Positions 1-4,602 of a stretch of DNA of 5,804 nucleotides are shown here, piece by piece. Made by a program: the position numbers and the translations under genes. Origin of the DNA: a virus; the IMG/VR virus record IMGVR_UViG_3300023699_000001, positions 1 to 5,804 of that record; one strand, given 5' to 3'. Position 1 is the first letter of the stretch. Each line of letters begins with the position of its first letter. The notes below the pieces were generated by a model. That model worked only from the letters and a program-made list of their open reading frames with translations, searched no databases and was not told the DNA's origin.

Positions 1-38
1 ACGTATAAACGTGCAATCAGAAATGTTTGCGGACGGAA
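1..38. repeat. Terminal overlap, copy 1 (identical to 5767..5804)
   Basis: acgtataaacgtgcaatcagaaatgtttgcggacggaa occurs at both window ends, 38/38 identical by direct reading. It lies inside the VP1 reading frame, so it is a circular-contig overlap and not a biological terminal repeat. Confidence 0.95.
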
Positions 39-1513
39 TGCCAATGAACGGCATAGCAGTAAATGTATATGCACACGCAGTATCACAAGCATGCTATGAA
101 CGTTTTGGCGGTAGCATTGATGAGGTAAACAAATCATATGCAAAAGAAAATGGTGCCGCAGGAAGTGTAATACCATTTTTTGAATCAAATAAATATTACA
201 TACCATCAACAAATTCAGTTGGAGCATCAGGATTTCCACAAAATGTAGATACAAATTCAATAGCTGGTGGTGATACTGCTACTGATATATTTTATCAAAC
301 ACTGGGTATACATTATCAATCATCAACACATATTAATTCAACAATAGTTGAAGCATACAATGCAATAGTTAATCATAGACGCAAAGCACGTTCAAAATCG
401 TTACCACTTAGAAATCCATACGATCATAGATTAGCAGAAGCATTTTGGTTAAATACTGGATATAATGATATTGTTGCAGATTTTGACGCTAAGTTATTAG
501 ATGGCGAAGTTTCATTGCAAGGATTAACATTTCAAGCGCCAATTAAATCATTAAAAGCATCAAGTAATAAAACTGCTGCAAATAATGATACATTTACTGG
601 ATCATATGGATACTCACCCGAACAATTGGGGTCATCAATTGTTGATGAAGGCGATTATTATTTATTTGATGAAATTTTTGCAGAATTGCAAGCTGGCGGT
701 AATGCAACAATGTCATTAGCTGATTTAGATCAGGCACGCAAAACAGTAGCATATGCAAAAATGCGTAGTAAGTATGATTGGATAACAGACGAGTATGTAA
801 TCAATTTACTTATGCAGGGGATCACGATTCCATCATTATTGCAAACACAACCAATATTAATTGGTAAAAAATCAACAATGTTGAATTTTAATGAACGTTT
901 TGCAACAGATGGCGCAAACTTAGATACTAAAGTTGCGAACGGATCTGCTACAATTGATATGAATATATCAACACCACGTATGCCATACGGCGCTGTAATT
1001 ATGTATACAATGGAAGTTGTGCCAGAACAGTTATGGGAACGGTCAAAAGATCCGTTTTTATACACAACAGACACAGATACATTGCCAAACAGTTTACGAG
1101 ATACATTGGATCCGCAGAAGGTGCAAACTGTCAAGGCAGATACACTCGATGTAAATCACAGTACGCCTAATTCTACATTTGGCTATCAACCATTAAATAA
1201 TCAATGGAAAATGGATTGCGTCCGTGTAGGTGGTAAATTTTACCGTCCTGCAAACGATGCATTCACAGAGGATAGGCAAAAGCTGTGGGGTTGTGAAACT
1301 TTGAATCCGACTCTCTCGGAAAGCCACTATTTGGTCAAAGATCTCCATAAAAAGATCTTTGCAGATCAAGTGGCGGATAGTTTCACAGCTACAGTAATGT
1401 CGGATTTAAAAGTTTCCGGCAACACAGTCTTCGGAACATCGTTGCTCGAAGCTGACGCATCAAGTGACTATGACACAATAACTGCGCAAGTGGATTCCTC
1501 CCGTATCGCGTAG
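1..1513 (+). CDS. VP1: Major capsid protein VP1 (Microviridae F/VP1 family), 3' portion. The 5' portion is at 5609..5804 because the circular genome was linearised inside this gene.
   Basis: The frame is open to the window edge (first full codon starts at 2; the ATG at 11 is internal). 5609..5804 translates MRMTELLTTTPIAQRRSVRGLKKRILTSFDAGKIIPLSYEWLHREDAVQSGRVRINVQSEMFADG. Its last 38 nt equal 1..38, so the pieces join in frame: 158 + 1513 = 1671 nt, 556 aa, stop TAG 1511-1513. Size, N-terminal pattern (SFDAGKIIPL) and neighbours (VP4 Rep, VP2-like) fit microvirus VP1. The family call is by recollection, not by search. Confidence 0.9.
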   Translation, partial: RINVQSEMFADGMPMNGIAVNVYAHAVSQACYERFGGSIDEVNKSYAKENGAAGSVIPFFESNKYYIPSTNSVGASGFPQNVDTNSIAGGDTATDIFYQTLGIHYQSSTHINSTIVEAYNAIVNHRRKARSKSLPLRNPYDHRLAEAFWLNTGYNDIVADFDAKLLDGEVSLQGLTFQAPIKSLKASSNKTAANNDTFTGSYGYSPEQLGSSIVDEGDYYLFDEIFAELQAGGNATMSLADLDQARKTVAYAKMRSKYDWITDEYVINLLMQGITIPSLLQTQPILIGKKSTMLNFNERFATDGANLDTKVANGSATIDMNISTPRMPYGAVIMYTMEVVPEQLWERSKDPFLYTTDTDTLPNSLRDTLDPQKVQTVKADTLDVNHSTPNSTFGYQPLNNQWKMDCVRVGGKFYRPANDAFTEDRQKLWGCETLNPTLSESHYLVKDLHKKIFADQVADSFTATVMSDLKVSGNTVFGTSLLEADASSDYDTITAQVDSSRIA

Positions 1514-1521
1514 TTATGTAT

Positions 1522-1558
1522 AGCGGGGTAGCCCTCCCCTACCCCGCTTATTTTTATT
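1522..1558 (+). terminator. Rho-independent terminator-like hairpin downstream of VP1
   Basis: Perfect 10-bp stem agcggggtag (1522-1531) / ctaccccgct (1539-1548) with 7-nt loop ccctccc, followed by ttatttttatt. It begins 9 nt after the VP1 stop. Confidence 0.75.
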
Positions 1559-1573
1559 AAAAAGGAAAAAAAT

Positions 1574-2092
1574 ATGAATAGAATAAAACACGGACAAATT
1601 AATAAATGGTTTCCTGCACAGGCAGGAGAAGTACTAGAATTTGTCGCAAACAAACCGCGTCACGTAAAATTTGAAGTAACAACAAATTCAAATATAGAAA
1701 TTTGGGTTGCAACAAACAAAAAAATGCAAGATGCAATTTTAGTTGGAACAAGTGACGCAAAAACAGAAGTTCAATACACGGCAAATGAAACAACATATTG
1801 CCAAATAAAGGCTCAAAAAGGTTCAGCAGTATTTGTAAATCTTCCAGATTTAGATCAAACACGTGTGCAACCTGATGAAGCTGTATATACTAATATTGAG
1901 CCTCGAATAAATCAAAGCACTGAATTTGATCGTATGATGCAATATATGAAGCATAACGAGGCAATACGTAATCAAGAACTTGAGGCAGAACGTGCACAGC
2001 TACGTGAAGCAATACGCAATTTAGAAACAGCACCAACGCCAGAACCAATAGTAGAGGCAGAAACAGAAGATGCAGGAGAAACCACCACATAA
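1574..2092 (+). CDS. Hypothetical protein, 172 aa: beta-rich N-terminal ~100 aa, then a helical, acidic C-terminal tail. Possibly a scaffolding or decoration protein; function unknown.
   Basis: ATG 1574 is preceded by aaagga (1561-1566) at 7-nt spacing. It lies on the same strand as all core genes and fills the space between the VP1 terminator and the peptidase gene. The C-terminus reads ...EAERAQLREAIRNLETAPTPEPIVEAETEDAGETTT. I recognise no family motif. Confidence 0.65.
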   Translation: MNRIKHGQINKWFPAQAGEVLEFVANKPRHVKFEVTTNSNIEIWVATNKKMQDAILVGTSDAKTEVQYTANETTYCQIKAQKGSAVFVNLPDLDQTRVQPDEAVYTNIEPRINQSTEFDRMMQYMKHNEAIRNQELEAERAQLREAIRNLETAPTPEPIVEAETEDAGETTT

Positions 2093-2678
2093 ATTCTTTA
2101 GGTGGGTTTGGTTTTTAGACCGCATCCAGTTCTGGCATAAAGACGATCTAGTCCATCGGCGTTACGCTGATGCGGCTAGGTCGTTGGCAGTACCAAAAGA
2201 CCATTCAATATGGAAAAAAGTGCGCACAGAAGAAGCAGACTATAAAGGAGCACATTCCGATATAGTTGAATTCTTTAAAGCATTTCAAAAAGCTTGTCAT
2301 AAGAGGAATATACCTCTTAGAGCTTTTGAATTTGTACGTACTGCAGAACGCCAACAAGAATTATACGAAAAAGGCTTTACTAAAGCTCAAGCCGGTTTTG
2401 GCGCGCATCAATACGGGATGGCTTGCGATTGTATCGTAGGACATCTCGGTTGGAGCCTGTCAAAAAAGCAGTGGGCATGTCTTATCGCAATCGGAAAAGA
2501 GGTTGCAAGACGTAGGAATATAAAAATCGACAGTGGTTACGACTGGGATTTTTGGGATCCTGCCCATTGGGAATTGGAAGGTTGGAAAGAAATGATTGCT
2601 CCAAAGCAACCAGACAAACCTTACAAAAAAAACAAATTTTACGATATCAAAACAGGAAAATTACATGAAATTGAATAA
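2070..2678 (+). CDS. Peptidase M15 family zinc cell-wall hydrolase (VanY / L-alanyl-D-glutamate or D-Ala-D-Ala peptidase-like), putative lysin
   Basis: The translation carries the M15/LAS zinc-ligand pattern H-x6-D ... H. AHQYGMACD has H113 (cat 2406-2408) and D120 (gat 2427-2429); DPAHWE has H166 (cat 2565-2567). The upstream conserved R-x-x-E-x-Q-x-x-L-Y element is present as RTAERQQELY. The start is ambiguous. ATG 2070 overlaps the previous ORF by 23 nt and has a poor SD. An in-frame GTG at 2220 would give a 152-aa catalytic-domain-only protein. Confidence 0.8.
   Translation: MQEKPPHKFFRWVWFLDRIQFWHKDDLVHRRYADAARSLAVPKDHSIWKKVRTEEADYKGAHSDIVEFFKAFQKACHKRNIPLRAFEFVRTAERQQELYEKGFTKAQAGFGAHQYGMACDCIVGHLGWSLSKKQWACLIAIGKEVARRRNIKIDSGYDWDFWDPAHWELEGWKEMIAPKQPDKPYKKNKFYDIKTGKLHEIE
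2215..2223 (+). repeat. Copy 1 of recurrent word AAAAAGTGC
   Basis: Exact 9-mer, read directly. Its GTG (2220-2222) is in frame with the peptidase ORF. TATAAA follows at 2241-2246. Confidence 0.6.
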
Positions 2679-2820
2679 TTTCACTAGGAACGCACGGCAC
2701 GGAAACTCCATATATTGGAGTGACGTGCGTTCCGCAATTACACTCCTCTTGTTAGGTAATGCCTCTGATGACACCTTTTTGACTTTAGGCAAAAAGTGCA
2801 TCGAGGTAAAAAAGCTATAA
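2665..2820 (+). CDS. Doubtful small ORF, 51 aa (MKLNNFTRNARHGNSIYWSDVRSAITLLLLGNASDDTFLTLGKKCIEVKKL)
   Basis: This is the internal ATG of the 2596..2820 track ORF. A weak SD agga (2654-2657) sits at 7-nt spacing, and the ORF would fill the peptidase-rep gap. However, it runs straight through the 2687-2733 hairpin, and I recognise no motif. Confidence 0.2.
   Translation: MKLNNFTRNARHGNSIYWSDVRSAITLLLLGNASDDTFLTLGKKCIEVKKL
2687..2733 (+). promoter_or_regulatory. Compound stem-loop in the peptidase-rep intergenic region
   Basis: Perfect 10-bp outer stem ggaacgcacg (2687-2696) / cgtgcgttcc (2724-2733). Inner 6-bp stem actcca (2705-2710) / tggagt (2716-2721) with loop tatat. Tandem gcacg-gcacg (2692-2701) allows register slippage of the outer stem. 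Confidence 0.5.
2791..2799 (+). repeat. Copy 2 of recurrent word AAAAAGTGC
   Basis: Exact 9-mer, 32 nt upstream of the rep ATG. TATAAA follows at 2816-2821. The word also forms the 3' arm of a weak hairpin (ctttttg 2775-2781 / caaaaag 2790-2796). Confidence 0.6.
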
Positions 2821-2830
2821 AGTTCTAGAT

Positions 2831-3871
2831 ATGTGTTTAACTCCCATAACATTAGACAACGGATCACAAGTTGCTTGTAAAGATTGTTGGCAGTGTAAAA
2901 GGCGGAAAGTTCAAGACTATGTAGGACGCGCAATAGCTGAAAGCAAATCGTCCACGAAGACATTTGCTGTAACATTAACCTACGGAGACGACAGTTTAAA
3001 AGAGCATGAAAAGGCTCATGCTGTCGTATTATGTTACAAAGACGTTCAGGATTTTTTGAAAAGATTGAGAAAAAACTATAACGTAAGATACATCGTGACT
3101 GGCGAATATGGAACAGCCAAGTCAAGAAGCCACTGGCACATAATACTCTTCTTTCAAGGAGATTATCCACACGTGCCAATGGAAAGGAGAACAAATTGGA
3201 CATATTGGAAAAAAGGATTTTCCTATTTCCAACAAGGTATCGACATAAAAGGATTTGAGTATTGTCTCAAATACGTCCTAAAGGACACAAACTCAGAAAC
3301 AAGCGAAAGTCATTTCGCAATGAGTACAAGGCCACCTTTAGGGCACGAATTTTTTCAAAAACTCGCAACACAACACGCAATTCAAGGATTAGCACCACAA
3401 AGTTATTTTTATAAGTTTGGAGATGTAAGGGATTACAAAAATCGGGACAAAGGTTTTATGATGAATGGGAAAACAAGAGAAAATTTTATGAGTAAATTTA
3501 TTGATGAATGGTACGCAAGATACCAACATCCACCCATTTCAGACATAGTAGACGAATTTATCGATAAAAATACAGATTTGTATTACACAGATGAAGAATT
3601 AGAAAAACGTCTACATTATAAACCAGTAAGATATATCGAGCCATGGCAACAGCCTGAGGGGCGAGGTTTATTAGATAAGACACAACTTGTTGAGGCAACA
3701 TATGACGGAATACCAATTTATTATTGGGAACACGAAGAACATAATGAACTTAAAATATATACGGAAACACAAGAATGGGTAGAAAAACGAGACGAAGTCG
3801 TAAAAACAATAAAAGATGGTTCGGTAATAATAAAAAAACAAAAACTAACAGAGTTCTGGAACGGATCCTAG
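2831..3871 (+). CDS. VP4: Rolling-circle replication initiation protein VP4 (HUH endonuclease, phiX gpA-like)
   Basis: The N-terminus MCLTPITL...CKDCWQCKRRK is typical of microvirus VP4. RCR motif 1 is FAVTLTY (aa 45-51). HUH motif 2 is HWHIILF (cac tgg cac at 3131-3139). Motif 3 is YCLKYVLK with two tyrosines four residues apart (tat 3260-3262, tac 3272-3274), as in the phiX174 A protein. Stop TAG 3869-3871. Confidence 0.93.
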   Translation: MCLTPITLDNGSQVACKDCWQCKRRKVQDYVGRAIAESKSSTKTFAVTLTYGDDSLKEHEKAHAVVLCYKDVQDFLKRLRKNYNVRYIVTGEYGTAKSRSHWHIILFFQGDYPHVPMERRTNWTYWKKGFSYFQQGIDIKGFEYCLKYVLKDTNSETSESHFAMSTRPPLGHEFFQKLATQHAIQGLAPQSYFYKFGDVRDYKNRDKGFMMNGKTRENFMSKFIDEWYARYQHPPISDIVDEFIDKNTDLYYTDEELEKRLHYKPVRYIEPWQQPEGRGLLDKTQLVEATYDGIPIYYWEHEEHNELKIYTETQEWVEKRDEVVKTIKDGSVIIKKQKLTEFWNGS

Positions 3872-4179
3872 GTCGCAGACGGACTGGCGGATCGAGGCCA
3901 CGGATATCTTTGATATCCCCCAAACCCCCCACTTTGGGGGGTTTGGGGGGATTTCTTAAATCCCCCCATCAAAACAAAAATGCGCGCTCGCGCGCTCAAT
4001 TTCGCCGCACAACACGTGACCACGTCTCAGAAGCCCTATCAAAAACAAATAGGTCGGATAAAAAGCCGCGCTTCGGTTGTAAGGATAAACCACGTCAAAG
4101 AGACCGCACTACGGGTTCTGGTGGTGGAAATAACGAAATAAACAAACAATTACCGAAAAAATACATTCCTTGGTGTTAA
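3775..4179 (+). CDS. Doubtful overprinted ORF, 134 aa, extremely Arg/Lys-rich
   Basis: It is open for 134 codons in the frame -1 relative to rep, overlaps the rep 3' end by 97 nt, then crosses the G/C hairpin cluster and the GC-rich island. It has only one ATG and a weak SD. The C-terminal third uses genome-typical codons (ggt, aaa, caa, tta). It could be a chance ORF. Confidence 0.25.
   Translation: MGRKTRRSRKNNKRWFGNNKKTKTNRVLERILGRRRTGGSRPRISLISPKPPTLGGLGGFLKSPHQNKNARSRAQFRRTTRDHVSEALSKTNRSDKKPRFGCKDKPRQRDRTTGSGGGNNEINKQLPKKYIPWC
3902..3967 (+). promoter_or_regulatory. Cluster of three adjacent or overlapping stem-loops built on C5-6/G6 runs. Candidate ssDNA origin element or rep terminator.
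   Basis: H1: ggatatc (3902-3908) / gatatcc (3912-3918), loop ttt. H2: cccccaaacccccc (3917-3930) / ggggggtttggggg (3936-3949), 14 bp, loop acttt. H3: ggggggattt (3945-3954) / aaatcccccc (3958-3967), 10 bp, loop ctt. Full-length H2 competes with H1 and H3. A trimmed H2 (3922-3930 / 3936-3944, 9 bp) lets all three coexist. Confidence 0.6.
3982..3997 (+). repeat. Tandem direct repeat GCGCGCTC x2 (alternating CG)
   Basis: gcgcgctc at 3982-3989 and 3990-3997. It can also fold as gcgcg (3982-3986) / cgcgc (3991-3995) with loop ctcg. The CACGTG palindrome lies nearby at 4013-4018. Confidence 0.7.
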
Positions 4180-4246
4180 AAAGATACAAAAAAATAAAAA
4201 AAAGACTTTACAAATCAAATTTTATAAGTCTACAAATACATATGGG

Positions 4247-4276
4247 GTGACACAAGAGTTTCAAATTGATCATAAT
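4247..4276 (+). promoter_or_regulatory. Candidate sigma70-type promoter for the small-ORF/VP2/VP1 block
   Basis: gtgaca (4247-4252; 5/6 to TTGACA), an 18-nt spacer, then cataat (4271-4276; 5/6 to TATAAT). It sits in the most AT-rich part of the window. My hand counts are 13/60 G+C for 4141-4200 and 17/60 for 4201-4260. The host is unknown, so the consensus may not apply. Confidence 0.3.
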
Positions 4277-4285
4277 ATATATTAT
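4272..4285. repeat. Perfect 14-nt palindrome ATAATATATATTAT
   Basis: Self-complementary on direct reading. It overlaps the candidate -10 box and resembles the inner arms plus spacer of XerCD dif sites. Confidence 0.7.
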
Positions 4286-4305
4286 CGGCCATTTGGACAC
4301 TTCAC

Positions 4306-4324
4306 CCTTCTTATAAAGAAGGAG
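4306..4324 (+). promoter_or_regulatory. Shine-Dalgarno of the 59-aa ORF, partly sequestered in a small hairpin
   Basis: ccttctt (4306-4312) / aagaagg (4316-4322), 7 bp, loop ata. The 3' arm overlaps the SD gaaggag (4318-4324), which lies 6 nt upstream of GTG 4331. Confidence 0.35.
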
Positions 4325-4336
4325 TAAAAAGTGCAA
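4324..4336 (+). repeat. Copy 3 of recurrent word, extended 13-mer GTAAAAAGTGCAA
   Basis: Identical 13-mer to 5548-5560. It contains the proposed GTG start at 4331. Confidence 0.6.
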
Positions 4337-4510
4337 TTACTACTAATACAACAAATCCTAAAACCAGTAATCACAAGATGTGGTACAATTCTCGGTTCGT
4401 CGCTTGCCGGCGCCGGAATAGCCGTCGGTGATACGGAAAGTATCGTTTTAGGATTCACTGCACTAGCAGGAGTCGCGATCGATCTTATTACTAGGAGATG
4501 GATCAAATGA
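4331..4510 (+). CDS. Small membrane protein, 59 aa, two predicted TM segments plus a basic C-terminus. Holin/pinholin-like candidate.
   Basis: Not in the ORF track (GTG start, under 60 aa). An in-frame TAA at 4325-4327 means GTG 4331 is the first possible start. SD gaaggag lies 6 nt upstream. Translation: (M)QLLLIQQILKPVITRCGTILGSSLAGAGIAVGDTESIVLGFTALAGVAIDLITRRWIK. The stop TGA 4508-4510 overlaps the next ATG (ATGA). The track ORF 4282..4506(-) is its antisense shadow. Confidence 0.6.
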   Translation: MQLLLIQQILKPVITRCGTILGSSLAGAGIAVGDTESIVLGFTALAGVAIDLITRRWIK

Positions 4511-4602
4511 AATTAAAAGACATTATAATAGCAACAGTTGCCGGAATAATAATGGGTATAGCCCTATTTTCTGATGTCTTAATGAATACGGGAGCATTAT
4601 AA
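4507..4602 (+). CDS. Small single-pass membrane peptide, 31 aa
   Basis: ATG 4507 overlaps the upstream stop (ATGA). SD aggag (4493-4497) lies 9 nt upstream. Translation: MKLKDIIIATVAGIIMGIALFSDVLMNTGAL, with a hydrophobic core at residues 6-21. The stop TAA 4600-4602 directly abuts the VP2-like ATG 4603. Confidence 0.5.
   Translation: MKLKDIIIATVAGIIMGIALFSDVLMNTGAL

Noticed and set aside
11-13. ATG at 11 as the start of the 500-aa ORF
   Set aside because: The frame is open upstream to the window edge and continues in frame from 5609 through the 38-nt overlap. No SD precedes position 11.
1-38. The terminal direct repeat as a biological DTR, ITR or attachment site
   Set aside because: It lies in the middle of the VP1 coding frame, and its only effect is to close the circle. 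It is an assembly overlap of a circular contig.
730-1134. 134-aa ORF on the minus strand inside VP1. The same reasoning applies to the other minus-strand ORFs: 1468..1653, 1599..1862, 1890..2090, 3750..3932, 4523..4768, 4887..5069 and 5259..5585.
   Set aside because: All lie antisense to well-supported + strand genes. They have the Leu/Phe/Ser/Cys/Val-rich, low-complexity composition typical of shadow ORFs, and I saw no SD for them. Microviridae genes are all encoded on one strand.
2596-2820. 74-aa track ORF starting at ATG 2596
   Set aside because: Its first 23 codons are out of frame inside the peptidase C-terminus, with no SD. Only the internal ATG 2665 version is even marginally plausible, and I kept that as a low-confidence feature.
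2779-2821. TTGACT (2779-2784) with TATAAA (2816-2821) as a sigma70 promoter for rep
   Set aside because: The spacer is 31 nt, well outside the 16-19 nt range. No acceptable -10 lies at the correct distance from TTGACT.
2661-3203. 180-aa minus-strand ORF, the longest antisense ORF
   Set aside because: It lies antisense to the N-terminal, motif-bearing half of Rep VP4, which has unambiguous RCR motifs. Its translation (…LLERRVLCASGFLTWLFHIRQSRCILRYSFFSIF…) has no recognisable features. It is a shadow of the rep codon bias.
3936-3950. G-quadruplex / i-motif formation by the G6-TTT-G6 and C5-6 runs
   Set aside because: There are only two G-runs on the + strand, so any intramolecular G4 would be a weak two-tetrad form. 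The perfectly complementary C-runs next to them make Watson-Crick hairpins the far more likely structure.
3980-4141. 53-codon ATG ORF (MRARALNFAAQHVTTSQKPYQKQIGRIKSRASVVRINHVKETALRVLVVEITK) in the third frame of the GC island, considered as a J/VP8-like basic protein
   Set aside because: There is no SD (the upstream sequence is catcaaaacaaaa). The ATG sits directly on the GCGCGCTC repeat. The charge is only moderately basic, and its mixed third-position usage is unlike the rest of the genome. I cannot distinguish it from chance.
4282-4506. 74-aa minus-strand ORF from the track
   Set aside because: The same interval on the + strand has a GTG ORF with a strong SD, an ATGA overlap to the next ORF and a clean two-TM product. 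The minus-strand ORF is its antisense shadow and would be the only reverse-strand gene in the genome.
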